Origin: Octopus vulgaris
Taxonomy: Eukaryota
DNA: 64,000 nt
Reading direction: 5' to 3'
Assembly (NCBI GenBank): GCA_951406725.2
Contig: OX597814.1
Location: 66,278,001-66,342,000 of the forward strand
Position numbers and translations under genes: made by a program. Positions 38,108 to 51,301 of the stretch are shown in pieces. The stretch's first letter is position 1. The number at the start of each line of letters is the position of its first letter. The notes beneath the pieces were generated by a model, which had not been told where the DNA came from, did no database searches, and saw nothing but the letters and a program-made list of their open reading frames with translations.

Positions 38108-39930
38108 GTAAGTATATCGAATTGAAATAGTTCTTATTAAGGTACTGGCCTAAAATTCGTACAAATGCTTTGTGGTATCTTCAATCATGCTTCTATTATT
38201 CTATAAACGTCTATCCACATAACTTTCAAGAGAAATGGTGTTTGATGGAGTCGTAGAAGCACTATTGAAACATACGTTGTAACCTAGTATTTTAAAACTG
38301 GTAGTTTTAAAATAGCCAGAGTTGCAGCCGATTTCTTCCAGAGAGAAAGGGTAAGAGAGAAGAATTGCCCTCGTATCTGGATTGTTCTTTATTTATTGAC
38401 CCCTAGAAAATAAAAAACAAATTGACCGCAGCGGCATTTGAACTCAGAGCGTAGCGAGCCGAAACCTGTATCGTAAGGCACTCAATTTGACGCTTTAGAG
38501 ACTGCTAAAACACCACTTTTTCAAGTGTATCAAAGCCCTTTAAAGTGGTTTCTTTAAAAAAACAAATATTGTCTTTTATTTTTTATGAGAACTTGTTGAC
38601 AGGATTCGAATTCTAGCTCTAGCCACTTCATTTGTGTCGTTAATACCCTAACTGAAGTCTGCGAGTAGCAGAATCGTTAGCATACCGGATAAAAAGCTTA
38701 GCGACATTTCTTTCAACTTCACGTTCTTTGTTCAATTCTGCCGGGGTCGACTTTGCCATTTATTCTTTCGGAGTTCTAACCCACGACTGCTGGCATTGTT
38801 CCAAAATTTGAAACTAATATCTTAATTGCATAATAATGAGCCATTTTAGTACATGCTTTATGGTAGGGTGTGACTGTATGACTCGAAGCCTAAATTAACT
38901 ACATTGGTTTTCCCTTGAAATGAAGGCTGTCGCGCAGGACACGCTGTATTATGGTAATGATTTAAGAGGTAACGATCCCTTCTGTCTTCTTTCGATCAAC
39001 AATAGTAATTAAATCCTGTGTGGTAAGATGTATTCACTCTAGATCGGGACGGGTTATATGGAGCATTTGTATAGTCAGAGAATCAGGTGAGGGGGCAGAT
39101 TTAGCATGTCACAGGCTAGTGTCACTCTATAAGTATGCAAGGATCACGGCCAAAGATATTGACACAAGCATTGACATCTGGCTTGTTGATGCCATTGTGC
39201 AAGTATATTGACAGGTTGTAAGCATGGAAGTGCAACAACATGGCTGAGTAGGGTATGCAGGAAACTCAATGTCCAGATCGATTATCACAAGACTACGCCC
39301 TTGAACTGTATTAAATTGAGGGAACAGAGAGGTCAATCAGAATGGATGTGCAAGGCAGACGGTCATATGAAGGCCTTCTGTCCAAAATAGGTAATGGGGA
39401 AAAAAAGCAGGAGGCAAACAGCAACGACAGTTGGGCCCTAGAGGTCGAGGCCATGGCTGTTGCCAAACGGCATTTCTAGAGCATTACTGGTCACAGCCAG
39501 AATGGAAGAAAACGAAATCGATTCATCTTTAGTACTACTACATTCGGGTCGAGAGTCTGGTGGATCTCCTCTTCCAGCGCAGCACAGGAGAGGTCAGAGG
39601 TTATAAATAGCACTTGATGTGATAAGGAGTTGGAAACTGAAGTTTGGTTATTAATTATCACTTACTCTGGGAAAGAGGAGACAAAAGTGTGAGTTATAGT
39701 AAAAAGGATTATTATTTGTTGTTACAATCATTTCAGCGCTGAACTAAATACTTGTGATATTACTTCATTTTTACATTTGATTTTAAAACTTGCTGTGGAT
39801 CTACTTTCAAGAGTAGATAATATAGGTGCGATTTAAAATACTAGAATGGATATTATCCATTATAACTTACTCAAAATATGTAACTCTGTATTAGTAATCA
39901 CTTTTTTTTTTCTTTTCAAACTGGTTTCAG

Positions 39931-40086
39931 TGTTGATGGCAATGAAGGAATTCCGCCTCATATCCGTGATTACGACCAATATGCTATCAGGCTAGACCAA
40001 ACAAATATAACTACAGTCACTGCTCAGTTGAAATCTCCAAACATTTCTAACGGACATGATCATACAGCCAAGGAAAAGTTACGTCG
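39931..40086 (+). CDS. SOHLH2: SOHLH2-like exon E (bHLH basic region)
   Basis: tttcag|T…CG|gtacgt; …NGHDHTAKEKLR. Confidence 0.87.
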
Positions 40087-40657
40087 GTACGTAGAACATT
40101 GTTTGCAGTTTTATGTGGTATCCTTAATCATTACTCGTTAAGAGTGAGCATTGATAGTTGAGTTAATACATTACCAGACAGTCAGCCAGAAGGTTCATAT
40201 TTTGTTGTAAACATTGTACAACGTCGGCGTCGAATGCAATCCCTTAACTGTATTCTTTGACTTAAATATATACTAAAGGACATCTTAACTGAACGTGTTG
40301 AATTTGATGTGTGAATCATTAGTTTAGTGTGCTAAGTCCAGTTTTTCTTGTTAGAGAATTTACTTGGCATCATATCTAGAATAAGATTTCCCTTTATCCA
40401 TTTCACCACAATAATTGTCAAATGAATCATCAACGAAATGAACTGAGAAATTTGACCTCAAACTAATTTCCTGAACAATATTTCCCATATATTGCCTGGA
40501 GACGACCTCTCTATCATTGGATTAAACATTAACAATCTGGACGATATATAATAATATGTAATTCTGAACACCACTGAAAGTTTTCTTTTTGCCTCATATA
40601 ATGTACGATGCTCCAGAATGACTCTTTTCACGTTGCCTTCTTCGTAGGACAAAGTGC

Positions 40658-40796
40658 ATTTAGGGTATTCGAACTCAGTCAAAACAAATCAGCATTAGGA
40701 ACTTGAACTTCTAATAGTTTCACCCTGCAATCTTCAAGTTTGCTGATACACCATTGAAATGACCATTGAAAAGAGGAAACATCTTGCTCTTGTTTG
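40658..40796 (+). repeat. Local direct repeat, copy 1 (copy 2 at 42308-42467)
   Basis: atttagggtattcg…ctgatacaccattgaaatgac near-identical in both introns flanking exon F. Confidence 0.85.
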
Positions 40797-41243
40797 CTCA
40801 GGCTGATGTTTAGCTTGAAATGTGTTCCATTTCAGTCTCCTTGGCGGGAAATGTTGGCAAATAGTTTCCAGAAGGATGATTTGCTTCATATGGAGGTTTA
40901 TGCAAAGCAATCAATGTGGACCTTGAGTAGTGGGACCCACTATTGATGACAAGTGGAGAAGATGGAAGTGAGTCAGGTGGACCTGCCTATATGTGATGGA
41001 CATGTTACCAGCTCAGGCAGTTTTAGTAGTTACTCTTAAGACAGATGGAAGTGAGTATGTTACTTAGTTGTAACAAGTTGGTAAATGAGTCGTTACCAAA
41101 CAACTAAAAGTTCTATTTTGGCATACGATCTAAGAATTTGATATCCATGCATTAGAGCAGTACCGTCTTAGATTTGTATGTAGTACTAAACCGTTAATTC
41201 ATCGCTTTGGATTTTATTAACGTATTTATTCATTCATTTCCAG

Positions 41244-41391
41244 AGAACGCATTAAAGAAAGCTGTAGTCAATTAAGAGTACTACTACCATACGTAAGAGG
41301 CAGGAAAACTGACATGGCGTCCATTTTAGAATTAGGTGTTAGTTACATAAAAGTAGTCAACACTATCTTACCACAAGAATTACAGTCTCAG
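41244..41391 (+). CDS. SOHLH2: SOHLH2-like exon F (helix-loop-helix)
   Basis: tttccag|A…CAG|gtaaaa; RERIKESCSQLRVLLPYVRGRKTDMASILELGVSYIK closely resembles the vertebrate SOHLH2 bHLH (recalled as KEKLRRERIKxCCEQLRTLLPYVKGRKND). Confidence 0.9.
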
Positions 41392-42887
41392 GTAAAAAAA
41401 ATCATAATCTGCTTATTTAAAAATTTTTTTATTAATGTTTCTATATATCAAATTATTAATGAAGCAATGTATTAAAAAATAACTGATTAGGCTATTCTGC
41501 CTTTCTGCTACATATTACACATGGGTAAAGAAATTGAGGTTGGTTGGGATCTTTTAATGAATCGAGTTCACTTTCGCTGCATTTCAGTGTTTTTTCTCTT
41601 CATCAGTTGTAGCAGCCCATGCATGAAAGCTGCTCTTCAATAAGTTGTTAAGACTATTTGTGTTGTAACAAACAGCTAATTGACCAATTTCAGTATATTA
41701 CTGTTAAGTTAATGCCTTCATTATGACTAGTTTGTTGTCAACAATAACTTCTCTGAATGACGCGATTACTTCTATTACTCTAAAACTATTAGAATAGTGT
41801 CAAGGTATCCATCACCTCTGGAAAATATATGATGTTTTAGATTGAAGATAGAACAAGCAGTAGCTTCTGATGAATTCTAGAATTTGATTTGGCTTCGATT
41901 GTCAGCTGGCTCAAGTTTCCTTCGACTATAGCGCTAACAGAGTTCGGTAAGTGCTGAAATACAGATTTGTTAGTGCTGAGTCGATAGGATAAATCTTACT
42001 CAGGTCCATGACGCTACCCTGCTGGATGTGACTTCCTTGAAAAAACCAGTAAGCCAACAAAATATTTCTGAATTCCATAACTCTGCTACCGTGTAGTTTA
42101 CAAATACACTTGTGACAGTTTTTGGATTTATTTATTTAGGTGTTCCCGGATACTGAAAATATTATCTTGACCACAAATAAAACTCTAATGACAGGGTACA
42201 AATTTGCTATCTGGTATCAATCAGGAGTTCAACTACCCAAAGATATTTTTATGCCATTGGCAAATTCATAACACTTAACGTGTATTTCATTTCTTTCATT
42301 CCTAAATATTTAGGGTATTCGCACTCAGTCAAAAACAAACCAGCATTAGAAACTTGAACTTCTAATAGTTTCACTCTGCAATCTTCAAGTTTGCTGATAC
42401 ACCATTGAAATGACTGTCCAATCACTTCTGTGACTGGAAAAAAGAGGGAACATTTTGCTCTTGTTTGATCTGCTAGAGATAGCAGTCAGAACTCTTTCAA
42501 ATAACACTTTTCTAATGAATGCATTTGAATAACGTAGTCACAGAGACTGTATATCTAAACAATAAAGATACTCATCTGGTGCTACAATGCTATTTCCAGG
42601 AAGCCACTCTTCTCATTACTTCTAAGACATACGAAATATATTTTAAAGAACTTCAATAGTATCAATAGTGTACATCCTAAAACTGTTTCATGTAACTATT
42701 ACTTATACTGATTAGCTCACCATGTACCTCATTCAATATGGTACACAATTGTATTGAGTATGGTGCAGCAAGGTGGATGCACATTGTTCAAAAGTACTGC
42801 ATTAATGACATTGTATGAACTTATTCGCATAATCGCCTTCGTAGTTTGTAAATTTGTATGGATTCAAGTCGTTTATTTTCATTGCAG

Positions 42888-43057
42888 ATTACAAATATTC
42901 TCAGTAAAGACTACGTAGTGAAAGAGAATACAATGAAATGTAATCAGCCGAATATGGCATCATCCAGAGAAACAACGGCTCCGGTGCAAAAAGTTATCAA
43001 AACAAATAAAGATCAAGATTACACGTCGAATAAACTAACTCCAGTCTCCGAATTTGG
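42888..43057 (+). CDS. SOHLH2: SOHLH2-like exon G
   Basis: attgcag|ATT…GG|gtattt; ITNILSKDY…VSEF; phases 0 to 2. Confidence 0.78.
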
Positions 43058-43924
43058 GTATTTTTGCTGTTTCCTGTCGCTTTTTTTTTTTCATTGTACT
43101 TACATCCAATAACATTCTCTGAAAGCCACAGCTGTATCGGACATAATTCATACAGAAGGTAGTTCGTATCTTTCCATTGATCTTGTGCGGTTTCTGCTCT
43201 GAAAGATGCTTAAATCTCAATGGCCCAGTTTACTTGTCAGTAAATAGCGTATGTCACGACTGTAAGAACTATCAAGAGTAAAACTGAGTACTTTTGTGAC
43301 ATGCATGTCCTAGTTCAATTTCTGCCGTCTTATTTCAGGAGGAGGGTTTGGTCGAAGGATTTCAATCTATCAAGGTAAATCGCACAAGTATACAAAAAGC
43401 TATTAATGTGTTTGTTGGAAAAAAAGACGAAGATAAACATGCTCTAGCGCAGCGGCGAAATAGTTATTAGCGTTCTAGTTCATGGATCGGGATTTCAAGT
43501 CATCTGCTACCATGTTGCGTTTCAGATCTTTTACGAGCCTTAGTTCACTAATGAGTTGCAGATAGCTGACTGAATATGAAGTCGGTCTACTAATGAATGA
43601 ACTAATAGTGTATAATCGCATGAACGTTATACAATCTATTTTAACTATGAGACAGAAAGATACAAACTGTTAATATCTCTGAACATGATATGAAAACTTC
43701 TGTGGATGCTACCCAATTTAGTTGAAAATGAATACCATGAATAAATACAATTCATATCGAATTAATAATATAGATGCAGGATCATCTCATGTTTCAGTGC
43801 TAAGTTCAAATCCTCCCTTGAGCTTTAGCCATTGTTAAACAATTTACTTCGCATACGAGTTAGAAGCCGTTATTCTTATTCTTTTTTCTTATTGTTTATC
43901 CTCTCTCTCTTTCTCTCTCTCTCT

Positions 43925-43976
<52 letters not shown>

Positions 43977-45492
43977 CACACACACTAATTCCATTTGTCT
44001 AGCCATGAAGAACAAGTACAACGGCTCGATACAAAAAGTGTGTCCAATAATAGTTCGGCAAATGTTGCAACGTCACCAGTCAAGAGACCTAATTACGAAA
44101 TGGATGGAACTACAAGTTCTAAGTACCTGGAGACAAATGGTGAGATCCTTTACTAATTATGCTATAATTATTTTATATCCCATAAAATAATTAATGACAT
44201 TTTTATATATGGCGGTGCCCCAGCAAAATGGCGGTGCCCCAGCATGGCCACAGCTCATAAGCTGAAACTGGAAAAATCAAAATCATATGTGTATGGAGTG
44301 GGGGTTAATGCCTTTAAGTAATATTTCCAGGGGTTAACATGTGAGTAAATGATTTCTTACATTGAGAATATAAAACATAAGTTTGCTTTTCATCACCAGC
44401 GCTGCTTTTATTCCAGAGGCAAAAACGCTTAAGTTTTTCTTGTACATAATTGTTAATAAGTGTTAATCTGGGCTGACAGAATGTGATATAAAATTATATG
44501 AATCGCTTTATTTTTTCATAAAATTACAACAAAAAGTAATCAGTGATGTCTCTACTGAGGCATTACAATTTTACCTTTCGGTATCGTATTTTTTAACAAA
44601 TTAAAACAAAAATTATTGTTAACCCGGGTGTTCCAAACATGATGATCAATTTTTTTAGGCATAGTATACCTAGAATTACATTATCCAATGTGTCCCTCCT
44701 CTATAAAAAACAATATAGAATTATACTTTACTGTCTTTCTAATAAGCAGAAGAATATACTAGTTATACTAATCTTAGAATGTAATAAGAAATTATCTGAA
44801 TCACTTTATTTTTTCCTTAAAAGTATCAACAACCAGTTAAAAGTTCCCTTGTTGGTTCCTACATTAAAAATTGAAACGGGTTGCGGCTGAAGTGTATTTT
44901 TAAATACATAAATATCGATATAATAATACATACTAATGACTAAAACGAATTGGTTTCAAATTTTGACACCAGACCAGCAATTTCGAGGGAGCGCGTAAGT
45001 TGATTACATCAACCCAAGTGTTCAACTGCTACTTGTTTTATCGAAAGGATGAAAGGCAAAGTCGACCTCGGTGGTATTTCAACTCAGAACATAAAGTTAG
45101 ACAAAATGCCGCTAATAATTTTACCCGGCGCTTTATTTTGATAAATCAGTATTCCGTAATGAGTTATGCAGAAAAAAATTTCCAAAGCACAGCCAATTTC
45201 CTAATATAGGTATTAACAGTATACTTCCAACCGCCTTTCATCTAATATACAAGCTTTATATGTTCATTAAAGTCAAACCAAAGGTTCTAATACCCAAAAT
45301 AGTATTGAACAAGACTATATACTCATTAGGAATTTACATGCCAATCCTGTCGGAGTTACCTTGTCATTGGTAAAAAATAAAATACCAGTAATAAACTGAA
45401 AATTATCTTTCTTCTGAGCGATCTTTGAATCAGCTTTCCATTGTTAATCAAACGCATTAATTTTTATTTGTTTCTTCGAATCCTATTTATAG

Positions 45493-45716
45493 TATGCTAT
45501 ATAAAATAACGTGCCAAACACTTTCAGATACACATCTACAATATGCTATCCGTAAAGAACCTCGATTAGAAATGACTGGAACTGCAGAGAGTGACGAAAT
45601 AACACTTCTTGAATACAAGAAAAACTTCAAAGATCATTCCATTCCCAGTCGACTGACCACCACTGTCTCAACAAACTCGAAACCTATACAAAGTGGCATT
45701 TTAAATCCAGAAATCC
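45493..45716 (+). CDS. SOHLH2: SOHLH2-like exon H
   Basis: tttatag|T…C|gtaagt; GMLYKITCQ…LNPEI; phases 2 to 1. Confidence 0.72.
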
Positions 45717-45879
45717 GTAAGTATTTCAATGATTTATTGACATAAATCATTAGTTAACACGTGGCGAAGACATGTAATGACACGATACAGTCAACTTTAT
45801 CAACTTTAATGCTCATCTAGTGCTTATTTGGTCGGTTCCTGAACGATGATAGATACAGGGTACCCAGGAAAGATTTGAA

Positions 45880-47204
45880 ATTTCGTGGGGACAAGTGCGG
45901 TAATGGTTATGAGACATATCAGAGGCCTACTGTTGGATTATGCGGTTAATTCTTATTGTGTCGTCTGACACAATTTTCTCTGTCTCAAATTCGCTGTCTC
46001 ATTTTCATTCTTCTGTCGTGCTTCTTCTTCCTTACTGGTTGAAGGCAACGGTTCCTGAGTTCGCATTTTACTTGATTTTTTCATTTGATTTTTCTTTTCT
46101 TTCTTCTCTTCTTCGTTTCTTTTTCTTTCTTCTCTTCTTCGTTTCTTTTTCTTTCTTCTCTTCTTCGTTTCTTTTTCTTTTTTTTCCTTGGGGCTTTTAG
46201 GTGGTGATTCTAAATTCTTTTTTCTTTTCACCACCGTAAATTACTCGTCCATTTTCTCCTCTGCTACAACTGTACTCTCTTCTTGGATTTCTGTTTCTAT
46301 TATTTCCTCCTCGTGTTTCTGGGGACACTTGGCCTTCATGTGTCCCCTTAATCCACACGCAAAACATATTGGAAGTCTAACCTCCACAACAATCCTTAAT
46401 CTGGTCTCGTCTGGCAACACCAGCTCTTCCACAATCTTGTGGAGGTCTGGCAGCCTTATATGGACTATTGATTCTAGCCCGTATCCCTATCAGTTCATCT
46501 CCGTAGTCTTTGACATTTTAAAAACTTCTGCTTCTTCCTCTGTATGATAGAGTATGGCTGCCACCAGCCATGCCTCGTCAATTTCAGGGGGCATTCTACC
46601 TATCCTTACTCTGGTCGCACGTTTGCTACAGTAAGTAGGTAGTATTGCCCACTCCGCTGATTTCAAGGCTACAGTGGAGTGCTTTTTTGCTTCATTTTCG
46701 TTTGCGAAGCGCACCTCTATCGGCCGAACTTCCGTCCTCTGGTGTAGAAGGTAGTCGATTCTGTCACCTCTTTCAAACATCCCTCTACCGCTTCTACGGC
46801 TGCTATCTCTACTTTCTCCGACGCTATGTTTAGCGTTCTATAGATGATAGTTCTCTTTTCCGTATTCTCAATAACTTCTTTGGGAGGCGTCAGTCTGAGA
46901 CTGTCTCCCTCCTTTCTCAACAAGGTGTTGTATTTCTTGAAGTCCTTGTCTTTGACTTCTATTTCATGGACCTGCAGTAGCTCCGCTGACAGGCTTTTGC
47001 CAGTCACTGCAGCATAACTGCCTGTTTGCAATTGTCTATTCTTCGTAGTAATGTTCTTCGCAACTTCGCCCATAAATGGGGAAGACAAATAAAATTTCCA
47101 ACAAATTCAAGTAATAATAATAATTCAACAATTCAAGAAATAACAGGTTAACAATAACGGAACTCACATGTAGCGTACACACTTTCTACTCAAAAACAAC
47201 GACA
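45880..47204 (-). mobile_element. Tx1-related ORF1-bearing element, 3'-truncated, abutting a SINE A head
   Basis: SYAAVTG, RGRKFG/IEVRF, RVRIGRMPPE, CFACGLRGHMKAKC in broken frames; SINE head aaggcggcgagctggcagaatcgtt on the minus strand at 47205-47229. Confidence 0.82.
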
Positions 47205-47506
47205 AACGATTCTGCCAGCTCGCCGCCTTGGAAGGATAAGATTCTGAGTAGAAAGTATGTGCATGTATGATTAGTCAAGGCAACCAATAATACAGAAATA
47301 TTCAATTCGCATGTAACTATGTTAGATCTGTTTTCATCGGTTTGAAACTTTCAAGGTAATTTATAGTGGGGATTTTGATATTTTCGACCGTTTAAGTTCA
47401 AATCATGCTTATTGATTAAAATATCGATAACAAATATGAATGAGAAATAGATTTTTGTTTCTTTGTATTATTTTTTTTAATATTTTCTTTTTCTTTTAAA
47501 CTAAAG

Positions 47507-48030
47507 GATTAATTCCTGTGGTTAATGCAAGCAACAAAAATTACGTGGAGCAGGAACCACCTATGCATATGTGTCCATATTCATTACCTGTATACCAAGC
47601 AAACGAGTGTTCTGTTCATAAACAGATTGCACCAGTTGGACCACAATTATTTTGTCCACCAAGACAGTACCTCAGCTACCCAAACCTTTGTGTATATCCA
47701 TCTAGCTATTTTGGCCATTCGGAAATCGGGCAAACGGATGGTAATTTTGTAGCTGGAAAATATAACTTCAATGACAATGAATTTGAGCATTCAAACATCC
47801 CCATGTATTATCATTGTTCAAATAATGAAGCACCAAAATCTAACTCCACAGAAATCGTGCAGATGTCAAATTCAACCCAGTCATCTTTCTATAGATCTAT
47901 AGTTGATAAGCCATTACCTGCTGATTACCCTTTAAACACTCATATGGATACATTGCCCAGTAATGAAACAAACGAATTGTTTAACGGCTTCATAACAGTG
48001 GCAAACACACCAACCTCTGATACTTCATAG
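47507..48030 (+). CDS. SOHLH2: SOHLH2-like terminal exon I
   Basis: Pyrimidine tract + aag|GA TTA ATT CCT GTG…; open to TAG at 48028-48030; exons total 1938 nt = 645 aa + stop; AATAAA at 48134 and ~49008. Confidence 0.75.
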
Positions 48031-50659
48031 ATTCACGTTAGCAGCAATAAGAATGAGGACAGTGTCAACAACAGCAATGATAACAGCTACACTACAAATC
48101 AAAATCAGACATTCAGTAATTTTGAGGCTTTCCAATAAATAGCAGGATATAGTCCTAAGCTTAGCGAAGATTGAGAAGATTTACTTCAAGACTAACAAAT
48201 CATATGTGCTAAGGTATAAATGAACTTACGACTACCATTATGGTATCACATTTTGACATTGTGAAAGCCATACTTCGAGCCAAAGACAGCAAGTTATAGC
48301 TAATTATTCCCCAAGAGGAGAAACTATTCTGAAAATATCAGATTCACCTGATATTTATAGCCATCACTAACAAACAGTTAAAACTTATAAATAAATAATT
48401 TTTTCCCTTTCGTAAACTCTCGTTTACTTCACTTATTCTCCTGTGTTTGAACGGTGTACGTGAGAGGGTGAGCTTATTCGAGTCATAGCTAATGTATGCA
48501 TATATGGCCAACGCACCAACAATGAGCATCGTAATGTGAGATTAAACAACAGGAAGATTCAGTTATACGTCAAAGTGCACTTCAGTAACTCTTGAGACCA
48601 GTAGATAATTTATAAGATAACCTGACAGACAAAAATCAGCTTCTCGGGATGCGAAGATGTGTGGAAATGACAACTATATGTCGTTGCACGAATTATTGCC
48701 GACGTTCAGTCAAGAGATAAACCTGCATTTTCAGATTATCAGGCAGGTTTGCAATGGTACCTTTTACCTAAAGCTCATTTAAGTACAGCTTGTTTAATAG
48801 ATATGTTTGTTTTGCTATGCAATCTTACATATACACTACCTATAGAAGTTTGTGTGTTCTATTGAACTATGCATTTATACGCCAATATTGAAATGGGTAT
48901 CAGGATTTAATTATTAAGATTTTTGCTTCGTGAAATTTTAAAACTCTCAAATGTGCTTGGTGATTGTAGATTAATTTCGTTCTTCATTTACCAATCTGTC
49001 TGGATATAATAAATAGTATCTTAAGTTCGTATAATTTCAGTGATATGTCTACTGAAGCATTGAAAATGTGGAATAAAAATACTTAGGTAAATCTTTTGAG
49101 AAAAAAAAATATTATGTCGTGATAGAAACATTACAAAAGAGTATATTAAGATAAATATTTCGTTCTCTTTAGCTTTATTATAATAAATCGTGTGTGTGTG
49201 TGTTGCTAAAATAGTCAGAGGAAGGATGACAAAGAGAAGATATAAAGAGAAAGAGAGATAAATGATAGAAAGAAGAGAGTAAAATATAAATAGTGATTGT
49301 GAGAGGAGAGAAATTGAGAGAAGGGACGCTTGTATGCAACAACAAGATACGCACATACGAAAGCACTCACAAACGTAAACATAAGCACATAAGACATACG
49401 GTCATACACATACAAGCATTCCTTCCATATTTAATAATGTCAGCTTTTGTTTAATCATTTGTGTGGGGGTGGGTAGTTTCCTGGGTTGATCTGTTTAATA
49501 GCATTTTCTGACTTCCTTTAAGATTATGATCCATTTTTTTTTCTTTCGGTAACATGGTTTTCTTGAATGTTCTTACCTATTATGGATAGATTTGAAAAAG
49601 GTTCAATGAAATACATCTTCCAGTATAACATATGTAGAGAAGAGAGGAGCACTCATTTGTTGGCAAGAGAAAAATAATACATGTTTGAACAAGTTGTAAA
49701 TCGTCTTGGAGTCATTTTTTTTTCCCTCAAAAGCTATTTGAAAATCTGTATATAAACAACCATTACATGTTCGTCATTACCTTTAGTTCTCTTTGCAAAA
49801 TCGATTTAAACTTTCTAACGTTCCTTTCAACTGAAATTAAGGTCGATAAATTCCCTGTGTAATTTATGCTTGATGTCTTGAAGCTCAGATATTTCTGAAT
49901 TACTTCTATCGAATCCAACTTTATGGTCGTGTGTCATGAAGCCGATTACAATGGCAGTGGCAGCATATAAAATTTTGTTTGAATTTTGACTGCGACCCAT
50001 CAGACGATAAATCTGCTAGAACTCCGCGAAAATAATACTGAATCTTGCGGTCAACAACCATTTCAGAACTTTCATGTTATTTGTTGTATACTTTTCCATA
50101 CGATTAGCTTAAGCCTTGCTCTTACTAAATAGTTCAGGTCAGCTTTAACGCTGTAGGTCACGAATGACATGAGTCCGTATCATGACAAAGTGAATATGAT
50201 GAACTTGTTTCAAACTAGGATGATCCAGGTAACACACCTGCCACCGGAGAAGACCACTATTATTTTATTTGTGCTGAGGTGTCCCAAACTAGATTAAGTT
50301 TGGCAATTGCAACATATTTTGGCATGAAGTGAAGCACTGGAAAAAGCAGTCTACGCAGCTGTTGAAAATAACATGCTCATAAAGTAAGCACTTGAGTTAT
50401 TTACGACCCCGTAAAGATGAAAAGCAAAGTCAATCTCGGCAGAATTTGAACTCAAGAATGCTGCTACGCATTTTGCCCGACGCACTAAATATAGGTTTAT
50501 GGTTCTGTTATCATATATTTTAATAACAATGAATACATAAGTAAATTCTGTGCTCTAAATGTTTGAATCATCCCAATCAATGATACCCTATAATATGTAG
50601 GTTGCCTGCGTTTGAACCAAAGAGATTATGGTAAGCTATATATAAATATACATACATAT

Positions 50660-51190
50660 GTATAAATACAGTGTACATTTAAACACATAAGAGGTATCCG
50701 TCATAGAATTCCTGACACGCTAGAAGGAACAGCCAAAATCCAAACCGCTATTAGGGATAAACTTCGAAGGGAATGAAGAATAAAAACTTTTACCATCTAT
50801 CTCCTGGACCATGGTTTCTGACTTTTATTAGCAAATAAAATAATTTTCTAGGCGAAGTTTTCATCAACATATAAGTACGAGGCAATCCAGCATGTGCCCC
50901 GTGCTTATACATTATAATTTTTCAAATCCACCGGGCAAGCGCAGTTTTTTGTCAGCAGCAAATAAAATGTCGGCGTTACTTCGAAAATTTTCTATATCTT
51001 ATTTCTACTTTCATTCTCATATTTCCCTCTATATTCCCGATCTTTTCCATCATAATTCCAACTCAAATATTTTCTCACACCGTCTCTGATGAAAAGATAT
51101 CCATAATATTCCAGAAACAGCTGTAAGACTATTTCCTTATAAATGTCCTGAAAACTCCTCTCAGCCTTGGATTTGCTATCTCATTCGGTC
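50660..51190 (+). mobile_element. Short non-coding PLE/retrozyme-like element between (TA)n tracts
   Basis: Contains a minimal hammerhead; boundaries approximate. Confidence 0.5.
51082..51129 (+). ncRNA. Minimal type I hammerhead ribozyme motif
   Basis: gtct-CTGATGA-aaagatat/atattcca-GAAAC-agct-GTA-agac; stem I gtct/agac; palindromic agct in stem III. Confidence 0.7.
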
Positions 51191-51301
51191 TAATATATAT
51201 ATATTTATATGTATGTATGTTTATGTATATATATAACTACATATATATACATATATATATATATGTGTGTGTATGTGTATTTGGACAGTATATATATGTA
51301 T

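Noticed and set aside
38869-39726. Possible solo LTR (TGTGAC…GTTACA)
   Set aside because: No TSD and no second copy
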